Position numbers and translations under genes: made by a program
In this document: one piece after another, positions 1 to 11,480 of the stretch
How positions within the stretch are numbered: position 1 is the first letter of the stretch
How the letters are laid out: every line of letters begins with the position of its first letter
Assembly (NCBI RefSeq): GCF_018350175.1
Contig: NC_058368.1
Location: forward strand, 23,810,001 to 23,874,000
DNA length: 64,000 bases
Direction: 5' to 3'
Source: Felis catus
Lineage: Eukaryota
The notes under the pieces: generated by a model
Told to the model about the DNA's origin: nothing
What the model saw: only the letters and a program-made list of their open reading frames with translations
Database searches by the model: none

Positions 1-639
1 AAAGAACCTTGTGAAAATGGGAGCTGAGGGAGCTAGAAAATTAAAGGCTGAGGAGTGGTTAGATAAAGAAGTAGAACATTCTTCAAAGAAATGCTTCCTA
101 AATCAGTAATCCACAAAAATTTACAAGTTTATTTAAATTTCAATTCATTTCAATAATAATCTAAATAAATAATGCAAACATATTTGCGATCATTTGAATG
201 AACAGTGACTAATTTGAATTTTCCTTACGCATAATGATTTTGAGCATCTTTTCATGAACTTCATGGTAATCTGAATATCTATACAAAGTATTCAAAAGTT
301 GTTCTTATTTATTTTGAAATAGTTGTAGATTCACAGGAAGATGTAGGTTGTTAAAGTTATGTGTGCAGAGTTGGTTCTTATTATTCCTTTATTATCCCTT
401 GATGTCTATAATCTTATTTCTTGCCTGTTGTAATCTTGTTTCATTCCTGATGTTGGTAATTTGCGCCTTCTCTTTTTTGGTTTTGAGAAACGTCTTTCAA
501 TTTTATTGATCTTTTCAAAAAACAAGCCCTTTGTGTAACTGATTTCCTCTACTGTTTTACTGTATTATATTTCATTGAAAACTGTAATTATCTTTTGTTA
601 TTTCCTTTTGTTTGCTTTGAATTAATTTTCTTCTTTTAT

Positions 640-828
640 TATTTTTTTAAATATTTGTTTTTTTGAGAGAGAGCAAACAGAGAAGGAGCAGAGAGAGAGA
701 ATCCCAAGTAGGATCCATACTGTCAGCACAGAGCCTGATGGAGGCCTCGATCCCACAAACCATGAGATCATGACCTGAGCAGAAATCAAGAGTTGGGTGT
801 CCAATCCACTGAGTCACCCAGGTGCTCC
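640..828 (-). mobile_element. Can-SINE (older carnivore subfamily)
   Basis: T-rich tail, (GA)n tract, 'gagatcatgacctgagcagaaatcaagag...gagtcacccaggtgctcc' head. Confidence 0.9.
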
Positions 829-1050
829 TTGTTCTTTTTTTAGTATGTTGAGATTGACTTGATATTTTCCCCCTTTTCTAATGTAAACATTTAGTACTAT
901 AATTTTGCCCTCAATACCACTTTAGCTGTATTGTACAAATTTTGATATAATGTGTTCTTAATTCAGTTCTTATTTTTAAAATATTTCTTTTGAAGAGTCC
1001 TCTTTGACCTATGGATTGTTAAAAAGTATCCATTTTAGTTTCCAAGTGTT

Positions 1051-1122
1051 TCATGAACAGTGAGATCATGACCTGAGCCAAAACCAAGAGTTGGATACTT
1101 AACTGAGTCACCCAGGTGCTCC
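1051..1122 (-). mobile_element. Can-SINE 5' (tRNA-derived) head only
   Basis: 'gagatcatgacctgagccaaaaccaagagttggatacttaactgagtcacccaggtgctcc' with no (GA)n tract or tail. Confidence 0.8.
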
Positions 1123-2128
1123 TATTTATCCTTTTGGTTTTATTTGTTTTGGCTTTACATGCTTTATAATTCCATTTCTTCACAGATTGATTTTATCATT
1201 AGGTAATATCTTTGCCCTTCCTGATAATGTCTTTGGCTGTAAATTTCAGTTTATCTTATATTAATGTGGAGGTTTTACTTCCTTTTGCTTACTATTTGCA
1301 TGATAAATATTTTTACATCATTTTACTTTCAACTGGCCTATATTGTTATATCTGAGAGACATTATGTAACAGGATCATTTTCCTCCCACTCTGAAAATCT
1401 TTGCCTTTTCATTAGTGCATTTAAGTCATTTATATTGAATGTAATAACTAATATATTTGACATTATATTGTTTTTCTGTTTGTTCCATTTTTCTGTTTTC
1501 TTTTTTCTACCTTCCTGTGGGTAACTTGACTGTTTTAGAACTTCATTTTTATCTTTCTGTAGAGTTTTTTTGTAATATGTGGATCTTTTTGCATGTATGT
1601 TTTTAGTGGTTGCTGAAGGTATTACATTATATATATGTAACTTATTATAGTCTATTGGTGTTGACATTTTATCAAGTTAAGTGAAATTTAGAGGTCATGC
1701 TTCCTTTTAAAGTCCTTTTACTCTTCTCCATTTAAATTCTCTTAAATATTTTCTCTACATACATTGAAAGCCTCATCAATGTTATCATTTTTTCTCTTAA
1801 CCATCAAATATAATTCAGAAACTCAAAAAAATAAAATTATGTAGTATTTACCCCTATTTTCCTCTTTTCATTTTTTCCCTTCTTTTATGATATTCCAAGA
1901 TTCCTTACCATTTTATCTGTTTAAAGAATTTCCTTTAACAATTATATTAGGACAGGTCTGCTGTATACAAATTGTCTTAATTTTCTTTCATCTGAGAATT
2001 TCTTGATTTTTGCTTAATCTCTGGACAATGTTTTCATTGGATACAGAATTCTGGTTTGACATTTCTTTTTGCTTATTTCTTTAAAAACCATGTACTCTGG
2101 CCTCAATAATTTCTTATGAGGAATCCAC

Positions 2129-2488
2129 TGTCGCGACCAGCGTGACAAACACCGAGGTCAGGGTCCTGAGGGTAGGGGAATGCAAGAAAAGAGAAGAGAA
2201 AGTTTGGGAACAGGAGGGTCCCCTGGGCTGATGGCCCAAGTGACGGCTTTATTGTTGCTGTACACAATCTTTTATAATATAAGACTCTTATGGATCAGGT
2301 CATTCTAAGAATAAACAGGTTTCACATGATCACTGCCAGCCAAAACATTTAGTTCTGTATACCTTGTGAACCTTGTGAATGGGTCACAAGACCTTGTTGA
2401 TAGATTGCTAGCAAAACACAATTCCCATGTTTGTTTCTATCTGACTCGGGGTAGAAAAAGGGAGGTAGCATTACTGCCAACACCTGCA
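2129..2488 (-). mobile_element. Endogenous retrovirus solo LTR (ERV2/betaretrovirus-like architecture)
   Basis: TG...CA termini (minus strand TGCAGGTG...GGTCGCGACA); minus-strand TATAAAA at 2270-2276 and AATAAA at 2248-2253; retained CpGs; host L1 resumes at ~2491; flanks atccac/gaccac. Confidence 0.7.
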
Positions 2489-3384
2489 GACCACAGGCTG
2501 TGTTGTTTCTCTTGCTGCCTTCAACTTTTTTCTTTGCTGCCTCATTAATGCCAGTCTTGAAGAATTTCCTCACTTGGTCTCTATTTATATTCTGGGAGTG
2601 ACTACACCTCACAACTCCCCTCCACATTGCCTTCAGTGACTTGTTACTGTCCAGTAAACATAAAAGTCCCCCATTTCGAACTTCACTGACTCCACTCTGG
2701 AGCCTCATTATAGCCGGAGAAAGGTGGAAGTCTAGTTTCCCTCACTTGGTCTTTGCTGACTGTGATCAGCTGAGGTCAGTTTTTCCTGGAGTGTTTGCTA
2801 AAGTAGGACAGTTATTGTCTAAAAGCTTTCTCTCTTGGCTCTGAATTTCTCTTGATCCTTTTACTAGAAACAGGCTTTTCTTGGGTCTTTTTTTTTTTTT
2901 TTTGTCTCAATCTATTGGTGTTTCCAGTATTTAAGCACACATACTGTGATAAACAAAACAAAATCAAACCTGACATTACACTACCATTTTGTTATTTATG
3001 ATCTAAAGTCCCTGTTGGTATGCCTTCTTCTTGCCATCTTTTATAGTATTCTAATGTTTTTCTTATGTAATATCCAGGTTTTCCAATGGAACTTAGTGGG
3101 AGGAACAAGGAAGAATTCATCTACTAGAATTTATCTGATCTAGAACTGGAAATTCAATTTCATTTTAAAAAACTGAGCTGTTCATCTATTAAGCAATTTT
3201 TATTTTTTTAATTCAGCACTTTGAAAAGAATTGACATCTTAAAAATAATCTATAAACATGATTTATGTTTCTATTTATTTATATCTTGTTGAGTTTGTCT
3301 CAGTAATGTTTTATAGTTATCGTTGCTGATATCTAGCACATTATTTTAGATACTGTATTTTCAGTTCTAGAATTTCCATTTTTT

Positions 3385-3754
3385 CCTATTTCTTTTTTAT
3401 TGGAGTATAATTAACATACAGTGTTATATTAGTTTCAGGTGTACAATAGTAGGTGTACTTTTCATCCCATTTATCTATTTCACCCATCTCTCACCCACCT
3501 CGCCTCTGGGAACCACCAGCTTGTTCTCTGTATTTAAGAATCTGTTTTTTGTTTGTTTGGTTTCGTTGGTTTGTTTGTGGTTTCTTGTTTTTTTATTCTT
3601 TGTTCACTTAATTTGTTTCAAAAATTCCACATATGACTGAAATCAAATGATATTGTCTTTCTCTGACTGACATATTTCACTTCACATAATACTTTCTAGG
3701 TCCAACTATGTTGTTGCAAATGTCAAGATTTCATTCTTTTCTATGGCTGAGTAG
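3385..3754 (-). mobile_element. 5'-truncated carnivore L1 3' end (L1_Carn-like)
   Basis: 'ttagtttcaggtgtacaatagt...ttcattcttttctatggctgagtag'; TSD gaatttccatttttt at 3370-3384 and 3755-3769. Confidence 0.9.
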
Positions 3755-3769
3755 GAATTTCCATTTTTT

Positions 3770-5010
3770 TTAAGTTTTTATTTCTCCCTTGAAAATCGCC
3801 GTGTTTTTACCTATTATTTCCATCTTCCTTTAAACTTGGTAAAGATAATAGTTTAAAATCCTTATCTCCTAATGCCAGTTTCTGGATCATGTCTGTGTCT
3901 GCTTCCTGTTTTTCTCTTGATGATGGATTACATTTTCTGTTTTTTTTTTAATGTATATCCAATTTTTTAGGTTTTATTCTGGATATTGTGTTTTAAAGAA
4001 GAGTGGAGACTGAAGTGTGATATTTTGTTTGTTTTTAATTTGTTTTGTTTTTCCTAGAGTATACCACTCTGTTCTTTGCCTACTAGGGTAAGGGGCTGCT
4101 TATTAAGATTCCAAAAAGGATCAAGTTTAGCTGGTACTCATCCACAGCTCTAATAATTTGATTCAACTCTGGTTAGCACAGTATCCAACTTCACACACTA
4201 CGGCCATCAAGTTTTGATCTTTTTATTCTCAGAAGTATTTGAGCTATAAGGGGATTGTCCTGCAGCTTAAGATAGGTTTCATTAGCTTTTGGATTCAACC
4301 CCAGCAGAATTCTAGAATATAAGCACATTAGAGCCACCAATTCTCTGATTTCTGTTATTTTCTTTACTATTGTCTTCTCAGTAAAATTTTGCACATGAAT
4401 GAGAATTATCAAGCTAAGTGATTTATTTTTTTATATTTGGGGTTCTATCTAGAAGTCAATCTGTTCTTCCATCTCAGCCGTATTTTCAAAGATCAACATG
4501 TTTTACTTTTCTTGCAATGGCATTTGTTGTAGGTTTCCTTCTTTATCTGCTCAGACTCAGGCCAGGTGGTTGATCTCATGTATGGGTGCTCACACAACTC
4601 TCTGCTCACGTATGAAGGGCTCTTCCTTCTCAAGAATTCAGTTCACTAACATTTCCCTGAATCCTCAGCTCTTTTTTTTTTTTAATTTTTTTTTCAACGT
4701 TTATTTATTTTTGGGACAGAGAGAGACAGAGCATGAACGGGGGAGGGGCAGAGAGAGAGGGAGACACAGAATCGGAAACAGGCTCCAGGCTCTGAGCCAT
4801 CAGCCCAGAGCCCGATGCGGGGCTCGAACTCACGGACCGCAAGATCGTGACCTGGCTGAAGTCGGACGCTTAACCGACTGCGCCACCCAGGCGCCCCGAA
4901 TCCTCAGCTCTTTGACAACCGAATGTAAAGCATGTTTATTCTACTTTTTTTTTTCTGGTTGTTACCATAGAAGCAAAAATGTTTTGCATCCTTCAATACT
5001 CTAACTAGAA
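3770..5010 (-). mobile_element. Ancient L1 (L1M-type) 5'/ORF1 region remnant, interrupted by a young SINE
   Basis: Degenerate antisense L1 texture; 5'-end-like 'tggttgttaccatagaagc...ctctaactagaagt'. Confidence 0.45.
4675..4897 (-). mobile_element. Young felid SINE (SINEC_Fc-like)
   Basis: CpG-intact body ending 'gcgccacccaggcgcccc'; perfect 16-bp TSD gaatcctcagctcttt at 4659-4674 and 4898-4913. Confidence 0.97.
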
Positions 5011-5973
5011 GTTAATGAAAAGCACTGTTCATCTGCACAATTGGGTTAAGTGAAAATGAAGCAGTAGTGAAGTGAAACTCTCTGTCATTGTTGAGGTTAT
5101 ATAATTGGTTAAATCTAGATTCTACTGAATTAATAAAGATAGAACTTCTAAAATGTTCGTGCCTTTTGACGAATTATTTCTCCATCTAAGCATTAGTATT
5201 ACGGAAATAATCACAACTATGGCCAATTATTTATGTCCAAAATTGGTAATCATAGTTGTATCTATAATAAAAACTGGGAACCCTTCAAATCTTCAACAAA
5301 GGAGGAATGCTTAACTAAGTAATAGTGAAGCCACATGATAAAATATTATTTAGCTATTAAAATTATTTTTAAGAGTTTTTAATAATGTAAGTTATGATAC
5401 ACTAATAAAATTAAATAAGTACGTAAATAAAAATGGTAAAAAAAACTCTAGTTGAATCTCAATGATGTAAAAATACATATTCATAGAAGATACACCAATA
5501 TATCAAAACACTATCTTTAGTATTGTCATATCCCTTCTATGTTTCTGTAATTTACTTTTTTTCACCGTGACAATTGTAAGAATAAATGTTTGACATTCCA
5601 TATCATGATCACTTAGAAAAAAAGTGAAAACAGGTAGATGATTGTTACTGGTAGAAAGGAACAGACTTGAAAACTGGGAGGAGAACAGAGTAAAATAATA
5701 GATGTTGTGAAAAGCTAATATAATTAAAGATAGTGAATTAGGATGGTGTCCTTTTCATGAGACATGTTACATTTTGTGACAGAAAGCAGTCATGGCAGGA
5801 AATGTGCTCAGCAAACTACTATGTAAGGCCTGAGTTAATATTAGAGACATGCTAGGTCAAAGCAAGGACTGAGGAACTTGTATATTCATCACACTGTACA
5901 CAGCAGACATTTGCTAGCACAAGGAAAACAGTGTTAAGTACTCCTTTGGAAACATAGCTTATTCCTAGGTGAT

Positions 5974-6087
5974 TTTCTTTTCTTCCCTCTTTTCTTCCTG
6001 CCTTCCTTTTTTTTCTTGAGTAGAATTTAGTGATTCATCACTTACATATAACTCTCAAGTACTCATCTCAACAAGTGCCCTCCTTAA
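5974..6087 (-). mobile_element. Very short 5'-truncated carnivore L1 3' end
   Basis: 'atttagtgattcatcacttacatataac...caacaagtgccctccttaa' plus decayed pyrimidine tail; TSD taggtgat at 5966-5973 and 6088-6095. Confidence 0.75.
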
Positions 6088-6274
6088 TAGGTGATACTGT
6101 TAAAATCAGAGACAAAAGCACACTAAGCGAATAAGCTACAAACTAAAAAGGAAACGTTTTACTCCTTCACAATTTGGTCTTAAATGGTCTGTTTTTTACA
6201 AGCAGTAGCATTAAGTGCCTAGACTAATCCTCATTGTAAGGCTTACTGCTTTGATACTCTAGGTTAGTCAAAGG

Positions 6275-6732
6275 TGCTAATTCGGAGTTGAATCGTGTTC
6301 CCAGAAAAGATATACAAAAATCCTAACCCCCAGTATCTGTGAATGTAACCTTATTTGCAAATAGGGTCTTCGCAGGTGTAATCAGGTTAAGATGAGATCA
6401 TACTGGATCAGAGTGGTGCTTCGTTCACTGATTGGTACCCTTATAAAAGGAGATAAATTTGGACATTGAGGTACACAGAGAACATATGTGAAGACAGAGA
6501 CAGTGACTGGAGTGATGTGTCTACCACTAAAGAACACTAAGGATTGGTGATAACCAACCATCAGAAGCTAAGGGATACACATGGAACAGATTCTGCTCGG
6601 AACTTCTAGAATGTACCAACCCTGACAATATCTTCATACCTTTAGAACTGTGAGGAAATGAATTTGTGTTGTTTTTGCCACCCAGTTTGTGGTGATTTTT
6701 TTTTTTAATGACAGTCCTAGTATACTAATACA
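6275..6732 (+). mobile_element. MaLR solo LTR (MLT1B/C-like)
   Basis: 'cctaacccccagtatctgtgaatgtaaccttatttgcaaatagggtc' ... 'cccagtttgtggt...actaataca'. Confidence 0.88.
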
Positions 6733-6836
6733 AAACCTAAAAATCTTATTTCCTGCTTAGCAACAGACACAAATCATTCAGTTTTTTATAAAATTGTAGC
6801 TAATAACATAAAACAGAATGGTATGATAGATTTCAG

Positions 6837-6858
6837 GTGTGTGTGCGCGCGTGCGCGC

Positions 6859-6891
<33 letters not shown>
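6837..6891. repeat. (GT)n microsatellite with embedded (GC)n core
   Basis: gtgtgtgtgcgcgcgtgcgcgcgtgtgtgt... Confidence 0.95.
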
Positions 6892-6892
<1 letters not shown>

Positions 6893-7015
6893 TTTAAGAG
6901 AGTGGAAATCTAATTACTCTTGTCATGGTATGTTGCAGAAATCATTTAACTCCAATAAATAATATACATCATAAAAATAACATAATAACATTAGTATAAT
7001 AGACAAAGAGACATT

Positions 7016-7230
7016 TATAGTATAGCAATTAAATTGTGGGCTTTGGAGCTAGATTGCTAGTGTTTGAAATCAAGTTTTGTCACTTACTGTCTATGTCACC
7101 TGGGACAGATCACTTAACCTCTTTTGTCTCAGTTTCCTCATGTATTATCTACTCTAAATGAGAATAGAGGGTCTGCCTTCTTAAGTTAAAGTGAAAATTA
7201 AATGACATGTAGTAAGGCTCATTCTATTAT
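7016..7230 (+). mobile_element. MIR SINE
   Basis: Core 'cacttaacctcttttgtctcagtttcctcat'. Confidence 0.8.
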
Positions 7231-8226
7231 CATACATCAGTTATGGTTTTTCTTTTACTTTATATGAAGGACAGAAATTGGTTCCTGGGAATGAGTTAGG
7301 AAAATTGATAAGCACATCAGTATCTCTGTGTCACCAATATGGTCCGTCTTGAAAGAGAAAATCAATTTCTACCTTCTTGGCTCCCTTAACCATATGTGTC
7401 ACTGGTCTTCCTCTCCATGGTGTGATACTCCAAGATATACTAATAGAATACAACCTGAGTTTGGATACAAAGTGTAGCACACATACACACACCTGGAGCT
7501 GATGGAAAATATTCTTGTTAACACTTATAAATATAAGAAAACATTTTATTTAATGCAAAAGATGTAGGTGGGAAAAAAATGAATTCATTCTTTCAGAATT
7601 AAAAAGCACAAATGCAGCACTTATGTCAGTCACCAACCTCCCACATTACATTTTCCTTTACAGGCTTATTCATATTTTTGGTCTCATGCAAAACTTCTAG
7701 CCAATCTATTGTAGAAGAGTAGTAAAACGACAAAGTCATTTTTATTCCCTCTTGACCTAGTTAGTACACATTTTTTTGATCTTTGATTAAAAATAGTTTT
7801 CTAGATCTTGCATACACAACTTACATTATCTTGTGAAAAAGTTTTGTTGTAATATAAAATGGGAATAATTATTTTGATATGGAACTTGATCAGTCTGCTA
7901 AAAATATTAATTCAGCAGCTTCTGTCAAAGTCTGTGTTCAACACTGAGGGCAATACAGTTAAATTATAAGGTATAGCTCCTTCTCCAAAGAAGCTGACAG
8001 AACTTTTAGAAAATAAAAATTAGGCAGAGGAGATAACAAATAAAGATGTGATAAAATTGCTTGGTGGAGACTGTAAGTACCATCTTGTTTAAGAAAGGGA
8101 ACTAGAGAAGGATCTCCTGGGATTCAGGTGATCAGGACAGATTTCACAAAAGAGGCAGAAAGGAGCTAAGACTTAAAGGGTGAATGCATTGTAGAAAGAA
8201 GATATTAGGAAGAATATGTTGCAGAT

Positions 8227-9038
8227 AGAAGACATCCAGATGGCCAAAAGGCACATAAAAAGATGCTCAATGTCACTCCTCATCAGGGAAATACAAATCA
8301 AAACCACACTGAGATATCACCTCACGCCAGTCAGAGTGGCTAAAATGAACAAATCAGGAGACTATAGATGTTGGAGAGGATGTGGAGAAACAGGAACCCT
8401 CTTGCACTGTTGGTGGGAATGCAAACTGGTGCAGCCACTCTGGAAAACAGTGTGGAGGTTCCTCAAAAAATTAAAAATAGATCTACCCTAGGACCCAGCA
8501 AAGCACTACTAGGAATTTACCCAAGGGATACAGGAGTGCTGATGCATAGGGGCACTTGTACCCCAATCTTTACAGCAGCACTTTCAACAATAGCCGAACT
8601 ATGGAAAGAGCCTAAATGTCCATCAACTGATGAATGGATAAAGAAATTGTGGTTTATATACACAATGGAATACTACGTGGCAGTGAGAAAGAATGAAATA
8701 TGGCCTTTTGTAGCAATGTGGATGGAACTGGAGAGTATGATGCTAAGTGAAGTAAGTCATACAGAGAAAGACAGATACCATATGTTTTCACTGTTATGTA
8801 GATCCTGAGAAACTTAACAAAAGACCATGGGGGAGGGAAAGGGGAAAAAAAAGTTACAGACAGGGAAGGAGGCAAACCATAAGAGACTCTTAAAAACTGA
8901 GAATAAACTGAGGGTTGATCAGGGGTGGGAGGGAGGGGAAAGTGGATGATGGGCATTGAGGAGGGCATCTGTTGGGATGAGCACTGGGGTGTTGTATGGA
9001 AACCAATTTGACAATAAATTTCGTATAAAAAAAAAGAA
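8227..9038 (+). mobile_element. 5'-truncated felid L1 (L1_Fc-like): ORF2 C-terminus, 3' UTR and poly(A), inserted in an L2 remnant
   Basis: ORF2 C-terminal translation, G-rich 3' UTR, 'aataaa' and A tail; probable short TSD agaaga (8227-8232/9039-9044). Confidence 0.95.
8228..8752 (+). pseudogene. Disrupted L1 ORF2p C-terminal cysteine-rich segment
   Basis: EDIQMAKRHIKRCS...[32 protein letters not shown] is typical L1 ORF2; in-frame TAG at 8489-8491; 5'-truncated; right boundary approximate. Confidence 0.85.
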
Positions 9039-9677
9039 AGAAGAAAACCCTCTCACCAAGGGCATGTAGAGGTGAATGGATTATGTGTGCAAATAAGAAA
9101 TGAATACTCATTGGAGCACAGGATGCAAAATGGAGAACAGAGGTTGAGAAAGTCAGGTAGGCCTTCCATGTCGATGCAAATAATCTTGCCCACTCATAAA
9201 ACAGACTAGACTGGAAATTACTAATTTTACTTCATGGAAAATAAGTAAATAAAGGTCTAAATAAATAAAGTCTTTTCTGCCAAGTGTGCTGACTTTTCAT
9301 ACTTCCCTACAGAAGGGCCCAGGATATCCCGTGGGCTATGCAGTTTGGGTTCCTAGGAAAAGAGGAGGAGCATCTTAACGAATTAAAGAATACATACATA
9401 CATTATATCTATATATCTAGAAGTCAGTGAAGAAAGCAACCTGAGGACCTGAGGAAAGCAATCAAGATTTTCCTTGTGTGGATGAAAAATATCAATGCTT
9501 CCTAGCATAGGAATATCCTTCCATCTGAAACTTTCTGTGTAAAGACTACGATGCAGATACAGATAGTCAAGATGAAAATACCTGCTGCCAAGCATACTGT
9601 AGAACCAAGAATGTATGAATGAATAAGTGTCATGAAAAAAAGCACAGATATTTGTTACATAGAAATAGAAGTGATTT

Positions 9678-10048
9678 ATTTTAAGAGGGGATAGGGTCAG
9701 TGAGAGAGAAAGAGAGAGAGAGAGAATTTTAAGCAGACAACCGTAAGATCATGACATGAGCTGAAATCAAGAGTGTTGGGTGGGGGAATGAGCTAAACGT
9801 GTGATGGGTATTAAGGAGGGCACTTGTTGGGATGAGCACTGGGTGTTATATGTAAGTGACGAATCACTAAATTCTATTCCTGAAATCATTATTACACTAT
9901 ATGTTAACTAACTTGGATTTACAAAATGAAGAAATAAAATAAAATAAAATAAAATAAAATAAAATAAAATAAAATAAAATAAAATAAAATAAAATAAAAA
10001 ACATTAAAAAGGAGTCACTTAACCAACTGAGCCTCCCAGGAGATCCCC
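9678..10048 (-). mobile_element. Older Can-SINE split by an L1 insertion
   Basis: (GA)n and 'gatcatgacatgagctgaaatcaagagt' to 9774; resumes 'cacttaaccaactgagcctcccagg' at ~10016; degenerate TSD aaatagaagtgat/aaacagaagtgat. Confidence 0.8.
9775..10010 (+). mobile_element. Carnivore L1 3' end with (TAAAA)n tail, nested in a SINE
   Basis: 'gatgggtattaaggagggcacttgttgggatgagcactgggtg'; (TAAAA)n at ~9932-10000. Confidence 0.9.
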
Positions 10049-11089
10049 AAAACAGAAGTGATCTTTAATGAAAATATGTGAATACTATGGGGTAAGTAAT
10101 GATAGAGTGAATAATAACAACAATCAGTATTTTAAATGCTTTGATATGTCAGGAATTTGATAATCACGATCTTATATAACTTTCCTATCAATCCAAAAAA
10201 TAAATCCTATTATTTACACTCTATAATTTTGGGAGCTGAGACCAGTATATAAAGCTGAGGGTATGCCCCTAAGTGTGGCTGACTCCAAAGCTCACACTTT
10301 TCACCATCAGCCTCTACTCTCTTCACACAAGTTCAAGTCTGGTTCATGTCATCCTATGTTACATTTCAAATTGATAAGTATAACCATTTTTTTTAATATT
10401 GCGGCTTGGATTTTAAATGGAAATTTAATATTTCAACCAAGGCTCCCTTCCACACTCCAAGAATCTTAATTTCAATATATTGGGAAAATGAAACAATTAT
10501 GTGCTTATTACACAGTCTCCTCTCAACTAATAGGGTCTCACCCAGAGATCGGGTTTACATTTATTGTGTTACAACTGAATCCAATTTATTCTATTTCTGA
10601 TAAAAGTTACCTCCTTAACACAAGATCAAACACTCTTTGTACATTAGCTTTATACAAATTAGCCGTGTGACCCAATCAATGGGCATGCTAAAGCACCTGA
10701 TTTCTAGGATTATATTCATGCACCAGACCCTAACACTATCCCCTTTGTGTGGCAGAAGCATTGACATATCTATCCTCAAATGGGATTTTTTCTATTTGTA
10801 CATATATGCCTCCTAATTTCAAGACCATTTTTGAACACAGAATTTGTGATAAAAATTAATCTCACAAAGTTTTCTATTTTGGAAAAAGATCAAAATAGCC
10901 TCCTCCCTTTCCAGTGTGCTCTCCACACTGCCCCCTGGCTATTTGTAAAAGCACATTCTGTTTATGGGGCTCCTTTACTGAAAAAAAAACCAAAAAGCTA
11001 TCTATCAAAAGGCCATTTGACTCATGTGGGTAGTCAAGGTCTTTTATAATCTATATCCAAAGTATTTCTCTAACTTTTTCCTCAACAAC

Positions 11090-11480
11090 ACCTTCTATTT
11101 GCCACACACTATGCCATTTCCTAAACATCCCATGTAATTCAGATATGAGAGCCTTTGTCCCTGCTGTTTCTTCAATGTAGAATGCACTTTACACCCCTAT
11201 TATCCACCTGTTCAATAACCCTAGTCTTTAGGACTCAGTGAAATTTTACACTCTCTCCAAGACTTCTGTAACCCCTGATTTTTCTAGCCAGAAATTGCTT
11301 TCTATTCCCTTTGAGTCTCCATGACTTGGTTCTTATGCCCTTGCTTAATAGTTATCCCAACCTACCACGTGAAAATTGCCTATATCATTGTTTTTCTCAT
11401 TAGATTATAATCTTGATAATAGTTTATTGATGTTGGTATCTTGTCACCTAGCCTAGTACTTTTAGTGAATGAAGAACAAC
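11090..11480 (+). mobile_element. L2 LINE 3' remnant
   Basis: 'gcctttgtccctgctgtttcttcaatgtagaatgc', 'ttagattataatcttga', ending 'gtgaatgaa'. Confidence 0.55.

Larger units (their letters stand above)
330..3155 (-). mobile_element. Ancient, heavily deleted LINE-1 (L1M/L1MD-like): ORF2 remnants, ORF1 remnant and 5' region, interrupted by SINEs and an LTR
   Basis: T-rich antisense L1 texture; ORF1-like 'gtgttgtttctcttgctgccttcaac' near 2500; L1MD-type 5' motifs 'ggtggaagtctagtttccctcacttggtctttgctg' (~2725) and 'acttagtgggaggaacaagg' (~3091). Boundaries approximate. Confidence 0.65.

Noticed and set aside
2349..2708. 119-aa minus-strand ORF, considered as ERV env remnant
   Set aside because: It spans the LTR/L1 boundary; the 2490-2760 part resembles old L1, and no env motifs are seen
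4498..5004. 168-aa ORF, the longest in the window
   Set aside because: Its core (FFNVYLFLGQRETEHERGRG...DCATQAP) is just the antisense reading of a young SINE; the same peptide recurs at 43588 and 59354
8368..8808. 146-aa [15 protein letters not shown]...
   Set aside because: Alternative reading frame over the L1 ORF2 3' end, not a host gene
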